Source: Candidatus Bathyarchaeota archaeon
GTDB taxonomy: Archaea; Thermoproteota; Bathyarchaeia; Bathyarchaeales; Bathycorpusculaceae
Assembly (NCBI GenBank): GCA_963826715.1
Contig: CAWGYA010000008.1
Location: 928,001-992,000 of the forward strand
Length of the DNA: 64,000 nucleotides
Reading direction: 5' to 3'
Shown here: piece by piece, positions 48,906-59,642 of the stretch
How the letters are laid out: every line of letters starts with the position of its first letter
Position numbering within the stretch: the stretch's first letter is position 1
Notes under the pieces: generated by a model
What the model saw: only the letters and a program-made list of their open reading frames with translations
The model's database searches: none
What the model was told of the DNA's origin: nothing
Made by a program: the position numbers and the translations under genes

Positions 48906-51650
48906 TTAAACGCCCAGAAAACTGGCAAGTCGTGTTAATCCAATTATTTCATCGAAGTTCAATCCCAAGGCATCGAGAACTTGGTCAAAGGTAGATTGTA
49001 GGTACGCCACATATTTGTCAACATCCACTTCATTGCGGCTAGCAAGCTCCACGGGTTTGACGTGTTCTTTACTCATGACTTTCACGAAGCTAATGAGGTC
49101 GCCTGAATGTATTTCTTTACCGCTTTCTTGAAGTACTCTTGCGGCTTTCACATGTTGCGGTGTGGTTTTAGTGTAGCTTGCTAATTCATCTCCAAGTACC
49201 ACATGGAATGCGAGTTCGTTGTTGTCTTTCCATTCTCGTCGTTTGAGTATGTTATAGCGCTCGCGGACAATTGTGGCGATGTCCTTTCGAGCTTTTTCGA
49301 AGTCCTCGGGGTTCTTGACTTTGGCGAGCCGTTCCTTCATTTGGTTAAACGCGTCTCTGATGAATATAGGAATGTGTTTTTTCTTACCCGTTAATCCCTT
49401 TACATCGACTGTTCCATCTTCCAATACCCCCAAATAGTTCTTTTTACGGCTGCTAAAAACTGCGTAACGGTAGGTTTTCTCCATATCAATACCCATGCCT
49501 AACTCATTCTCAGTATAGTGGATCACATCGTCAATTTGTTCTCTTGTAGGGTTTTTTAGAAAGACACTGTCAGTATCGCCGTAGAGGACTGTAATTCCTA
49601 CAGCTTCGGCATGCTTGAGGATTTGGGTAATACTGTAGCGTCCGATTGCTGCGGTGGCTTCTGCGACGGGTGGGCAGTAGAGGTCAAAGCTGTCAGCGCC
49701 AAAAACGCCGTAGCTCGCGTTTAAAATGACTTTAAGTGCACCTTGTGCGATGCTATACCAGCTTCGTAGCTCAGGTGGCAAGGTTTTGTCTTTTGCTCGG
49801 CTTTTGTACCAGCGTACACGTAAATCCCGCAGCGAACCAATTAACAGACTTTCCAACGCTAGCTTCTTAGTGCAAACCCAATGTTGCGTGTCGGGAATGG
49901 TGTGTTCCTTACAGCCGAGATGGTTACATCGGATAGACTGGTAACCGAGGTTCCACACTTTAATGATGCTTGGGTACAGGCTAGGAAAGTCCATGACCGC
50001 AACGTTAAAGTGTACACCTGGTTTAGGCTCCACAACAATTGCACCCTTGTACTTTTTGCCTTTGATAACAGCAGTGGTTGAAGTTTTTCCTTTTTTGGTT
50101 AGGATGTCTTCGCTGTTAGGGATAAGCATATTCCGTTTTCTGTGTTCACGGTGCATGAAATTGCGTATCCATCTGCTAACGCCCTGTCGACTTACATCCT
50201 CCATCGGCATACTGGCTATTCGGGCTAATACCAGAATCAGTTTCATGGCGGAGTCGTTGTCGTGACTTGTAAGTTTATATGTGATTTCGCTGTCTCGAAG
50301 GCAATAGGCAGCAAGTTCGCTATAGTTAAGGTCGCCGAAATCCTTTGATAGTTGTATTTTTGGTGTACCTATGAGTGCGTTTCCCACATCATTTAGGCTA
50401 ACGTCTTTGTAGCGTCCACCATATGCATATATTTGTACGCTGCGATTGAAGAAAAACTTGTAGAGATCAATATGGATGCCATAGCGTAGCAGGCAGACCC
50501 GTTTTCCGATTTCGATAGGTACATCTTTTTTTGTAAAACCCAAATTATAAGCTCGATGGGCAAGATAACGGAGATCAAAGTCATCGCCGTTAAAAGTCAA
50601 GATAAAGGCGTAATCATTTAAGACATCAAAGACCTTGCGAAGTAACTCCTCTTCAGATTCACAAAACTCGATCTCCATGCCTGCCGTGAGTTTAGGGTTG
50701 CCATCTGTCATACCTTCACGTTTGAGAACGAAAATTTTTTTTTCACCGTCGCTACTGTAAACTGAGCAGGCGATAACTGGGCATGCGCCTTCGCGGGCGT
50801 CGGGTACTCGGCTAGCCAACGGCGAGTAAACTTCGATGTCTATAGCTGCTCGTCGAAATTGAGGCGCAGGATATTCGAGCAATTCAGCCCACATCATAGA
50901 GAACTCAGTGTACTCCATTTCAGCTTCAGTTTTGCAGTCGGAGAATAATGACCGGATTTTGTTCAGGTTCTCAGTTGCTGATTCCACAACAACAGGTTCA
51001 AGGTTCCCGTTGCGGACGCGATAAATCATACCTGGCAAAAGTCTTTGGTCGTAAATGTAGGACTGGTAATATTTGATTTTTGATTCCCAAATTTTTGTCT
51101 CACTGTCTTGGATTTGGCAACCAAAGACTTTGGGGTAATCTTCTGGGATGATATCCCGGATGGTGCCGGATGGTCTGCCGCCTATTGCCAGAGGGTCTCT
51201 GGCGACGATTTTGGTAACATGTATTGTTCTGTCGTTTAAGGGGTCAATTCTTTCTTCAGTTTGAAAGCTGTCAAAGCCTTCATGTTCAGTTACTCTTGAG
51301 AACAACTTCACCTCATCTTCTGAGAGGTTGGTTAAGCAGTAAGGTTTGTGTCCCGTATTATCATACCAGAAATAGATTTGCCCAGATTCCGGCTCGTAGA
51401 GCTTAATGACCGCTTTCCTCAGTCTCCCATCATATGTAGCTGAAACAAAATAGGAGGGCGGCAGATTCTCCGGAGCAATGGGTGGGTAATGGTGATGTAC
51501 TATCTTTTTTTGCTTCAACGGTTCCGATGGTGCTGAGGTTACTTGGGTTTGGGGTTGAGGTTCAGAAGCTGGCAGCGCTTGCGCTGTTACCTCTTCTTTT
51601 TGCGATGATTCAGCTGGATGACTAAACCAGTGATCGAGTGTGCTCGCCAT
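48906..51650 (-). CDS. polB1: Family B DNA polymerase (PolB1)
   Basis: DNTGHKPYC, DIEV, FNGDDFD, DFPSLYPS, KVILNASYG, YGDTDS, KKNY, KGLTGKK. Confidence 0.97.
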   Translation of the reverse strand: MASTLDHWFSHPAESSQKEEVTAQALPASEPQPQTQVTSAPSEPLKQKKIVHHHYPPIAPENLPPSYFVSATYDGRLRKAVIKLYEPESGQIYFWYDNTGHKPYCLTNLSEDEVKLFSRVTEHEGFDSFQTEERIDPLNDRTIHVTKIVARDPLAIGGRPSGTIRDIIPEDYPKVFGCQIQDSETKIWESKIKYYQSYIYDQRLLPGMIYRVRNGNLEPVVVESATENLNKIRSLFSDCKTEAEMEYTEFSMMWAELLEYPAPQFRRAAIDIEVYSPLASRVPDAREGACPVIACSVYSSDGEKKIFVLKREGMTDGNPKLTAGMEIEFCESEEELLRKVFDVLNDYAFILTFNGDDFDLRYLAHRAYNLGFTKKDVPIEIGKRVCLLRYGIHIDLYKFFFNRSVQIYAYGGRYKDVSLNDVGNALIGTPKIQLSKDFGDLNYSELAAYCLRDSEITYKLTSHDNDSAMKLILVLARIASMPMEDVSRQGVSRWIRNFMHREHRKRNMLIPNSEDILTKKGKTSTTAVIKGKKYKGAIVVEPKPGVHFNVAVMDFPSLYPSIIKVWNLGYQSIRCNHLGCKEHTIPDTQHWVCTKKLALESLLIGSLRDLRVRWYKSRAKDKTLPPELRSWYSIAQGALKVILNASYGVFGADSFDLYCPPVAEATAAIGRYSITQILKHAEAVGITVLYGDTDSVFLKNPTREQIDDVIHYTENELGMGIDMEKTYRYAVFSSRKKNYLGVLEDGTVDVKGLTGKKKHIPIFIRDAFNQMKERLAKVKNPEDFEKARKDIATIVRERYNILKRREWKDNNELAFHVVLGDELASYTKTTPQHVKAARVLQESGKEIHSGDLISFVKVMSKEHVKPVELASRNEVDVDKYVAYLQSTFDQVLDALGLNFDEIIGLTRLASFLGV

Positions 51651-52319
51651 CCCAATTTAACCTTGCTTAGGTAATTGGTACATAGAGACTAAAATGTATA
51701 GTGACAAAAAAGAAAAGGACTAACCCATGCTTTTTTGATTAAAAAAGGCAATGTTTTTTTATAAAAACTGGCTGGCCACTTGGGGTTAGGTTTGGTATGT
51801 TTGAAAACCTGTGTTTATGGTTCTACGGTTAAGGGAGATGTTTTTGGGTTTTGACGCGGTTAACTTTTTTTGGTGCAAATATTTCTCAGCATTCCAAGCA
51901 CATATATTGCCCCGAAAGGATTGTGGTAGCTTCTTCACCTGATTATTTGATCCAATTCAATTTGCACTTCTAATAAAGAAAAACGAAAAAGACGCTTAAA
52001 CTAATGTGTGCGATTCAATTGCTGCGCACTATTTTTCCCAAGTTCTTTGAATTCCTCTAATCTATCGTATATACGAATGCACTTAGAACCACTTTTCTCC
52101 GCTTGTCTTTTCTGCTTTTATTCACATTTGTCTATGTGCCCTCATCTCAGTCTAACTTTCTCTGAAAACCTTTACATCTATTTATTGAGCTTGCCCTGCT
52201 CTTCAAGGATAGGCACGGATGGAATTTCAAAAATATATGGTTGCTTTTTTGCAACAACATTAGTTTTGAGTTTGAAGTCCTTATTTACTAGCAGTGCATT
52301 TGATTTGGTGTGAAATAAT

Positions 52320-53666
52320 TTGCTTCGGGAAACATGGACAATCGCTATTGAAACATTGAGTTGGATGGAGATGCGCCGTCTCAACGAACGTTCAGCTTTG
52401 GCGCGAACGGTTAAGCAGTTGGGCATAGTTGACCCACAAGCCATCCGCCTCGCTTACGGCTTCGTCGTGGAGACTACCCGTCGCAAGAACCTTATCGACA
52501 AACTTATTGACGCAGTAATGGAACCCAAAAAAATCGGCGAATTCCAACAAGGTATACAAGCTTTCCTACGCCTTTACGTTTATCAGACTCGTGTTTCCAA
52601 AAACTGGGGCAAAATCAATCTTAAAGAAGCTGAATCAATCGCCAGCTTGGCTCGTTCAATTTTAGGCTGGCAGACAATGCGGGATGTTGAGCCTTATTTG
52701 GGATTCCTCTTGACCAAGAAAATAGCCCCCATTATTGAAGCAGCCGACGAAACAGAACGGATTGCACTTGAAACCTTCCATCCCAAATGGTTTGTGGAAT
52801 ACTGTGATATGTTATTCGGGCATGACGAAGCAGTTGTGTTCTTACAAAATAACCTTAACCCGCCGCCTACCTACATACGAGTCAACACACTTGCAGCATC
52901 CGAAGAAGAAATTCTGCAGAAACTTGAAGGTGAAGGTGTTAAACTCCAAAAAGTTGACGAATTAAAGTTCACTTATAAGGTAATCGAGTTCAAAACGCAT
53001 CTTAACACATTGCAGAGCCTAAAAGCAGGTTTATTCTATGTACAAGACAAAGCTAGTTGCTTCGCAACTTTAGCCGCAAACCCTTTACCCAACAGCACGG
53101 TTTTTGATGTCTGTTCGGCGCCTGGAGCCAAAACCACCTTCATTGCGCAACTCATGAGCAATCAAGGTAGAATTGTTTCAGTTGATTTTTCAGCCAAACG
53201 CATGTACACCTGGCAGAAAGAGATCTCACGGATGGGTGCTACAATCGCGGAACCAATTGTTGCAGATGCAAGAGTGTCGGTTCCTATAGCAGGACAAGCG
53301 GACCTGTTAGTTTTGGACCCGCCCTGTACAAGTTCAGGTGTGTTTGCCAAGCAACCCTCTGCCAAGTGGCGCCTAAGCCCCAAATCCATCCAGAACATGT
53401 CTAGTATCCAATTGCAAATGATTAACAACTGCGCTGAAAAAGTTCGCTCTGGTGGAACGTTGGTGTACTCAACCTGCAGCATAACTTTGGAAGAGAACGA
53501 GGGCGTTATTGCGCAGTTCTTAAAAGACCACCCAGAATTTCGACTATCAGAAATTGAACCCAAAATTGGCTTGCCTGGACTTCAAGGCTTAATCCAATCC
53601 CAGCGTCTCTATCCCCACATACACAACTGCAACGGTTTCTTCATCGCAAAACTGCAAAAGCAGTAA
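52320..53666 (+). CDS. RsmB/NOL1/NOP2 RNA m5C methyltransferase
   Basis: RVNT, VQDKAS, DVCSAPGAKT, DPPCT, YSTCS, GFFIAKL. Confidence 0.92.
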   Translation: MLRETWTIAIETLSWMEMRRLNERSALARTVKQLGIVDPQAIRLAYGFVVETTRRKNLIDKLIDAVMEPKKIGEFQQGIQAFLRLYVYQTRVSKNWGKINLKEAESIASLARSILGWQTMRDVEPYLGFLLTKKIAPIIEAADETERIALETFHPKWFVEYCDMLFGHDEAVVFLQNNLNPPPTYIRVNTLAASEEEILQKLEGEGVKLQKVDELKFTYKVIEFKTHLNTLQSLKAGLFYVQDKASCFATLAANPLPNSTVFDVCSAPGAKTTFIAQLMSNQGRIVSVDFSAKRMYTWQKEISRMGATIAEPIVADARVSVPIAGQADLLVLDPPCTSSGVFAKQPSAKWRLSPKSIQNMSSIQLQMINNCAEKVRSGGTLVYSTCSITLEENEGVIAQFLKDHPEFRLSEIEPKIGLPGLQGLIQSQRLYPHIHNCNGFFIAKLQKQ

Positions 53667-53667
53667 A

Positions 53668-54228
53668 TTAGACGTTACCAAAATCGTTTAGTGTTCTCTG
53701 CGATTTTTCCTTGCTGTAAAGAGGATAAGTGACTTTTGTTCCTTCTACACTTGCGGTTTCGCTTAGTTGGTGAGGTATGGTGCTGGTTGCACTAATGATA
53801 TGTAGTACCCGAATTTGACGTGCCATGAGCGCGTCGCTGATAAGATTTCGATGGCAACGCCAAGGTAGCGCCTCCGCACACATGAGTGCCACGCAGTTTT
53901 CTCTTGCTAAAACGACGATTTTTAGAAGTTCATCCGTAAATTCTTTGGTCTGCATATAGTCAGCATAACCCCGGAAGCCCAGATTTTTGAGCGCGATGTT
54001 AATGCTGTTAGGTTTGGGGCGCCTTAGACCGCCTATTCCTGGTATGTGAATGTATTTGAAGCCATAATTTTTTAGGCTGTCAGGGAAAATTTCTTTGTTG
54101 AATTGTGGGTTGTGTCGGCTTCTTGGGACAGTGCGGACGTCGATTAGGAGAGTAATACAGTAGATTTGGAGTATCTCGATGAATTCTTCCAATGATCGCG
54201 TAGAGTGCCCAATTGTGAATATTGATAT
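53668..54228 (-). CDS. DUF488-family protein (start uncertain, possibly ATA 54228)
   Basis: IFTIGHSTRS upstream of the ORF-track start, then IDVRTVPRSRHNPQFN, LMCAE..PWRCHR. Confidence 0.88.
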   Translation of the reverse strand: MSIFTIGHSTRSLEEFIEILQIYCITLLIDVRTVPRSRHNPQFNKEIFPDSLKNYGFKYIHIPGIGGLRRPKPNSINIALKNLGFRGYADYMQTKEFTDELLKIVVLARENCVALMCAEALPWRCHRNLISDALMARQIRVLHIISATSTIPHQLSETASVEGTKVTYPLYSKEKSQRTLNDFGNV

Positions 54229-54740
54229 TTCTTTTTCCCACCTCTAAACTTAACTCATCATTTTTACTATGGCAGTGATTCAATATAAAATCAAACTATC
54301 GATCGTGTAATGGAAAACTGTTTTATGAAAACCTATAGGCGGCGGAAGACCGATTAGAGCGACAGCAACTCAAAACCATAACGGGTGATGCAGTAATCGA
54401 CTCAAAACTCCAAAATCGTAAACCCGGATAAAAATATGTCCCTGACCTCAATAAAAGCAATCAGATGAAAGTTAGATATTTGCGTTAGGTTGACTGCATA
54501 ATAGGCGATTAAAGAGTAGAATTAGCGACATTTTAAAGCCATAAACACGGTAAACTGCTTACTAGCCATAGTCAGATTCTGATTTAAAACGCTCCTTAAT
54601 CATGCTCAACCTGCCGAAAAAACCCGTTAAATACCCTCTAAACGGCAAGTTTCGTATTTTTCTTTTATAGGAAAGGTTTTTAGTATAGTTGTTGTATGAG
54701 ACTGTGAAAAAGTCAATAGAGTTAAGTGAGGTTTGACATT

Positions 54741-55475
54741 ATGTCTGTATTTGCAGCACCAGGCGCATATGACCGTGCAATTACCGTTTTCTCACCCGAT
54801 GGGCGACTCTTCCAAGTCGAATACGCAATGGAACTCGTTAACCGTGGAGCTACCATTCTGGGCATTCAAACATCCGATGGATTAGTTCTCGGTTCAGAAG
54901 AAAACATAGAACTTCTTGAAGAAGCAGGATATTCATGGAAAATCTTCAAGGTAGATGATCACATTGGAGCAGCCATAGTCGGTTTAAGCTCAGACGCCAG
55001 AATCCTAATTGACCAAGCGAGAATTTACGCACAAAGCAACAAACTAACCTACGACGAACCCATTGATGTAGAAGTCGTAACTAAGCGAATATGCGATATC
55101 CAACAAATGTACACACAGCACGCAGGAGTTCGACCCTTCGGTGTATCAATAATTTTCGGCGGTGTCGACAAAACAGGACCGCGAGTCTTCGGAACACACC
55201 CCAGTGGAACCTACCGCGGATACAAAGCAACGGCATTAGGGGCAGGTCGCGAAACAGTCCTAAATATTCTCAAAGAAGAATACAAGGAAGATCTAACAAT
55301 CGATAGCACCATAAAACTCGCAGTCAAATGCCTAATTAAAGCTCTTGAAGCCCGTCAGTTACCCCCAAGAATCAAAATTGCAATTATCCCGGCTGCAACA
55401 AAGAAAATGGAAATGCTCAACGACAACACAGTTGAGGGCTATATCAAAGAACTGGGTTCAAAGCAAGTGACATAG
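54741..55475 (+). CDS. psmA: Proteasome alpha subunit
   Basis: YDRAITVFSPDGRLFQVEYA, RPFGVS. Confidence 0.97.
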   Translation: MSVFAAPGAYDRAITVFSPDGRLFQVEYAMELVNRGATILGIQTSDGLVLGSEENIELLEEAGYSWKIFKVDDHIGAAIVGLSSDARILIDQARIYAQSNKLTYDEPIDVEVVTKRICDIQQMYTQHAGVRPFGVSIIFGGVDKTGPRVFGTHPSGTYRGYKATALGAGRETVLNILKEEYKEDLTIDSTIKLAVKCLIKALEARQLPPRIKIAIIPAATKKMEMLNDNTVEGYIKELGSKQVT

Positions 55476-55478
55476 ATA

Positions 55479-56165
55479 ATGAGCGAAAGGTTCACCGTCG
55501 CGCGCTTAACCCGCGAAAACGAGCATTTTGAAATACTAGTCAAACCCCAAAAAGCACTTGACTACCGAAACGGCAAGATCGCCGGTATAACGGAGGTTTT
55601 AGCCGCTGAAACCATTTTTAGCGACGCAAACAAAGGCACCAAAATATCAGAAGAATCCATGAAGAAAGCATTCAAAACGACGGATCCTTTGCAAATTGCA
55701 GATGAAATTCTAAAAAAAGGAACCCTCCAGCTTACGACCGACCAAAGACGAAAAATGGTTGACGACAAAAAAAGGCAAGTAATCGACTTCATTTCCCGAG
55801 AAGCAGTTGATCCAAAAACGAACCTGCCTCATCCTCCTATGCGAATTGAAAATGCAATGGAGCAAATTCGTTATCCTATAGATCCTTACAAGCCCGTCGA
55901 AGAACAAGCAAAAGACATAGTCAAACTTCTACGTCCTATTTTGCCCCTAAAAGTTGAGCAGATGAAAGTCGCTGTGAAGATCCCTGCCCAATACTCCGCA
56001 CGAGCCTATGGTACCATTAAAACCTTGGGTACAATCAAACATGAGGAATGGCGAGTAGACGGCTCTTGGTATGGGGAATTAGAATTGCCCGCAGGTTCGT
56101 ATGCCTCACTACTCAACAAATTGGGCGATGCCACAAAGGGAAGTGGAGAAGCAAAAGTAATTTAA
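55479..56165 (+). CDS. sdo1: Ribosome maturation factor SBDS/Sdo1
   Basis: FEILV, IFSDA.KG, F.TTD, DPKT.LPHPP.RIE. Confidence 0.95.
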   Translation: MSERFTVARLTRENEHFEILVKPQKALDYRNGKIAGITEVLAAETIFSDANKGTKISEESMKKAFKTTDPLQIADEILKKGTLQLTTDQRRKMVDDKKRQVIDFISREAVDPKTNLPHPPMRIENAMEQIRYPIDPYKPVEEQAKDIVKLLRPILPLKVEQMKVAVKIPAQYSARAYGTIKTLGTIKHEEWRVDGSWYGELELPAGSYASLLNKLGDATKGSGEAKVI

Positions 56166-56194
56166 AAAATATGGAAAACCAACAAGGTGAATTT

Positions 56195-56911
56195 ATGCCA
56201 GCATTCTTTGAAAAAAAACAGCTAGTGACACCCGGTGAATTGCTCGCTGAAGGCGACTATTTACCTGGCGAAAACGCATATGTAGAAAACGGCAAGATCT
56301 ATGCCTCAAGGATTGGACTCGTCGATAGCGACAATAAAAAAGTCAATGTGGTTGCACTTAGGGCTTTTTATGTGCCAAAAATGGGTGATATAGTCATCGG
56401 TACAATCGTAGAAGTAGGCTTCAACGGCTGGACCGTCGACATCAAAGCACCCTACACTGCACTCCTACGTGCCTCAGACGTACTGAGTAGACCCTTTAAG
56501 CCCCAAAACGACGAGTTATCAGCAGTCCTTACATCAGGGGACTTAATCGTTGCCAAAATAGCATCTTACGACCGTGCGCACGATCCTCAATTAACCGTGG
56601 GCGAACCAGGTTTGGGAAAAATTACTCGTGGACAAATCCTCCGAGTAACACCTACCAAGATTCCCCGAATTATCGGACGAAAAGGCTCAATGATTTCCAT
56701 GATCAAGCAGGAAACTAATTGCCAAATCATCTTAGGCCTTAACGGTGTTATTTTGGTGACAGGTAAAACGCTTGAAGAAGAGGATATCGCTATCGAAGCT
56801 ATCCGAAAAATTGAGGTAGAATCCCATACCAGCGGTTTAACAGATCGCATCACACAGTTATTGAAAGAAAGGAAACCAGTTATAGAAGTGGAGGAAACTA
56901 AAGTTGAATGA
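56195..56911 (+). CDS. rrp4: Exosome RNA-binding subunit Rrp4
   Basis: VTPGE, YVPK.GD.VIG, KH motif [18 protein letters not shown]; AGGTGA SD before ATG 56195. Confidence 0.95.
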   Translation: MPAFFEKKQLVTPGELLAEGDYLPGENAYVENGKIYASRIGLVDSDNKKVNVVALRAFYVPKMGDIVIGTIVEVGFNGWTVDIKAPYTALLRASDVLSRPFKPQNDELSAVLTSGDLIVAKIASYDRAHDPQLTVGEPGLGKITRGQILRVTPTKIPRIIGRKGSMISMIKQETNCQIILGLNGVILVTGKTLEEEDIAIEAIRKIEVESHTSGLTDRITQLLKERKPVIEVEETKVE

Positions 56912-57638
56912 AAAAACCGATAAATTAATCGACAAAAAAGGCATCCGTCTAGATGGAAGAAAAGCGGATGAGCTTCGCCCTGTAAAACTTCAAGTTGGCG
57001 TGCTCTCAAATGCTGACGGCTCAGCCTACATCGAACATGGAAAAAACAAAATCTTAGCTGCAGCGTTTGGTCCAAGAGAAATGCATCCAAAACACCTAGC
57101 GCAACCCGACCGAATGGTTCTCCGTTGCCGATATCATATGGCGCCCTTCTCAGTGCCTGAACGTAAATCCCCTGCACCTTCTAGGCGCGAAGTGGAACTC
57201 AGCAAAGTCATAAAAGAATCTCTTGAACCTGCATTATTCCTCGAACTATATCCACGCACAGGCGTAGATGTGTTTATAGAAGTTCTGCAGGCTGACGGAG
57301 GAACCAGATGCGCAGCAATCACTGCCGCAGCTCTTGCTATAGCTGACGCAGGTGTTCCAATGCGCGATCTAGTTGTTGCATGCGCTGCCGGCAAAGTTGA
57401 CGACACAGTAGTGGTTGACCTCTTTGATGCTGAAGACAAACTCGGCGCAGCCGATGTTCCAGTTGCTTTCATGCCAAGTTTAAATGCTGTTACCCTGCTT
57501 CAAATGGATGGCAACCTAGCACCTGCTGAATTTGAAAAAGCTGTGAATATGGCTATAGAAGGCTGCAAAAAAATCTATGCAATGCAGAAGGAAGCGTTAA
57601 AGACAAAATATATGGTTGTTAAAGAGGTTGAAGAATAA
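56904..57638 (+). CDS. rrp41: Exosome subunit Rrp41
   Basis: RLDGR..DELR, ADGSAY, GPRE.HP.H, QADGGTR. Confidence 0.96.
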   Translation: MNEKTDKLIDKKGIRLDGRKADELRPVKLQVGVLSNADGSAYIEHGKNKILAAAFGPREMHPKHLAQPDRMVLRCRYHMAPFSVPERKSPAPSRREVELSKVIKESLEPALFLELYPRTGVDVFIEVLQADGGTRCAAITAAALAIADAGVPMRDLVVACAAGKVDDTVVVDLFDAEDKLGAADVPVAFMPSLNAVTLLQMDGNLAPAEFEKAVNMAIEGCKKIYAMQKEALKTKYMVVKEVEE

Positions 57639-58430
57639 ATGTCCTCACTAGTAACAAAAGTTAGACTAAAGCAAATTGAACAGCAAATCGAGAAAGGCAC
57701 CCGCCTAGACGAGCGAGGCTTACTCGACACCCGCGAAATCAAAATCGAACAAGGTGTAATAGAAAAAGCAGAAGGATCAGCCCGTGTATTGCTCGGCAAA
57801 ACTGAGGTTCTAGTGGGCGTTAAAGTTCAAACAGGAGAACCCTTCCCAGATACGCCCGACGACGGAGTTATGACCGTAAACGCAGAACTTGTTCCAGTTG
57901 CATCACCACACTTTGAACCAGGACCACCCGACGAAAACAGCATAGAACTCGCACGCGTAGTTGATCGAGGGATCAGAGAATCACAAGCTGTTGATACAAA
58001 GAAACTCTGCATTGAAAGCGGCAAGAAGGTTTTCGTTGTTTTCGTAGATGTCTATGTCTTAAACCATGATGGAAATCTTATTGATGCATCTGCATTAGCT
58101 GCTATGGCTGCACTCATGAATACGAAGATGCCGAACTTTGAAATCAAAGCTGGAGAATTAAAAATCAAGCAAGGCTATACACCTCTGCCAATGAAAAGTC
58201 ATCCTATTACAGTCACCATTGGCAAAATCAACAACAAACTTATAGTTGATCCATGGCTTGAAGAAGAATCTATAATGGATTCTCGCATAACTTTCGCCAT
58301 AAATGAAGCAGGTAACATTTGTGCTATACAGAAGGGCGGCTCCAGCTATTTCACACCAAAACAGATTTTAGAAGCCTTAAATATTGCTCTGGACAAAGCA
58401 GCTGAATTGCGCAAAAAACTTGGTTGGTGA
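57639..58430 (+). CDS. rrp42: Exosome subunit Rrp42
   Basis: KAEGSA, PFPDTP, FEPGPPDE, RVVDRGIRES, DGNLIDA. Confidence 0.96.
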   Translation: MSSLVTKVRLKQIEQQIEKGTRLDERGLLDTREIKIEQGVIEKAEGSARVLLGKTEVLVGVKVQTGEPFPDTPDDGVMTVNAELVPVASPHFEPGPPDENSIELARVVDRGIRESQAVDTKKLCIESGKKVFVVFVDVYVLNHDGNLIDASALAAMAALMNTKMPNFEIKAGELKIKQGYTPLPMKSHPITVTIGKINNKLIVDPWLEEESIMDSRITFAINEAGNICAIQKGGSSYFTPKQILEALNIALDKAAELRKKLGW

Positions 58431-58437
58431 ACTCAAA

Positions 58438-58782
58438 ATGCCAAAAACAAAGAAAGTAGGTCCAACTCGAGGATTAGGAGTAAGGTACGGCTCAACAGTA
58501 AGAAAACGATACATTAAAGTGATTACTGAACTCAGAAAACCCCATCGCTGCCCACAATGTGGTTTTGTTCGTGTTAGACGTCAGAGTGTGGGCGTTTGGA
58601 AATGCCGCAAATGTGAATTTACATTTGCAGGCGGAGCGTATACCCCAAGCACTAAACTCGGTACAGTTGCAAGACGTGCAGCGAAGGGCGCAGTGGCTGA
58701 GGAAGCCACAGTTGCCGTTCCAGTTATTGAAGCTGAATCAGATGTTGATGTTGAATCAGCGCCTGAAGAAGAAACCGAGTAA
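58438..58782 (+). CDS. rpl37ae: 50S ribosomal protein L37Ae (eL43) with an acidic C-terminal extension
   Basis: G.RYG...RK, CPQC, GVWKCRKC..TFAGGAY.P. Confidence 0.95.
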   Translation: MPKTKKVGPTRGLGVRYGSTVRKRYIKVITELRKPHRCPQCGFVRVRRQSVGVWKCRKCEFTFAGGAYTPSTKLGTVARRAAKGAVAEEATVAVPVIEAESDVDVESAPEEETE

Positions 58783-58845
58783 GCCTTCTTTCCTTTTTTC
58801 CTTTTTGTTTATAATCTTAAATACTATCTATGTCTATGGAATTCT

Positions 58846-59103
58846 ATGTCAATTTGCGCCAAAGCAACCGTCAACGTCGAATTCGTCACAGAAAAACAAC
58901 TTATAGCAATTGCCTCTGCGATAGCACCTGAAACCCAAATGCTGCCGACAAAACGTGCAAAAGCCAAACTGGAGCGAAACGGTAACCAACTAACTCTGGT
59001 AGTAACGGCCAAAGACACTATAGCTTTGAGAGCGACTTTGAACACTTATTTAGGATGGATAAAATCTACGTTGAACGTTATCCGCGCAGCCGAAAAAGCA
59101 TGA
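58846..59103 (+). CDS. pcc1: KEOPS subunit Pcc1
   Basis: AIAPE, L.L.VTAKD..ALRATLNTYL.WI. Confidence 0.9.
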   Translation: MSICAKATVNVEFVTEKQLIAIASAIAPETQMLPTKRAKAKLERNGNQLTLVVTAKDTIALRATLNTYLGWIKSTLNVIRAAEKA

Positions 59104-59560
59104 TTTTTCTGTATACTTATTAACCATTTAATCCTCGAAGCTAGTTCGTTAGCTAGTTCCCCAAGGTTTTTAGTCTGATTTTATTGTGTTTGCAACAGAG
59201 AATTTTTCGTAACCATCTTGTTTCTTGATCTTTTTACTTCGCCATTAGGGATGCAAAATACAACATGACCCCAAAAACCAAAACCCTTTTCCATTTTTAT
59301 ATTTGTGGGCATACCGAATTGAAATTGGGGGTCGAATAAGCCTTTCTAATTCCCAAATTAGCTATGGTCTAATGAAATTTTACTTTTTTTCCAGGTTGGC
59401 AGAAAGAACTTTAGCTTACAACAATCAAAGCTTCAAGGCATTTAATGTTAAAATTACTGCCAATTTTTTTGAATCAAAATATCTATTTGCATTGTTAATA
59501 CTGAATGAATAAGTTGTCATTTATTATTTTCTAATCGAATTATAGTCAAGATTTTGGTAA

Positions 59561-59613
59561 AGATTAAATAAGTACTAATCACATTTTTTCGCTATATACC
59601 ATTAGTGGTATAT
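59561..59613 (+). promoter_or_regulatory. TATA box followed by a palindromic operator overlapping the predicted TSS
   Basis: AAAG-ATTAAATA at about 59559-59570, then ATATACCA-TTAG-TGGTATAT at 59594-59613, then AGGAG SD. Confidence 0.55.
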
Positions 59614-59642
59614 TATGACTTTAGGAGAAAATAAAAAACCAA

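Noticed and set aside
51651-52319. 670-bp gap between polB1 and rsmB with short A/T palindromes and a 101-aa ORF
   Set aside because: No convincing coding signal, RNA motif or ORB-like repeats, and the palindromes are low-complexity.
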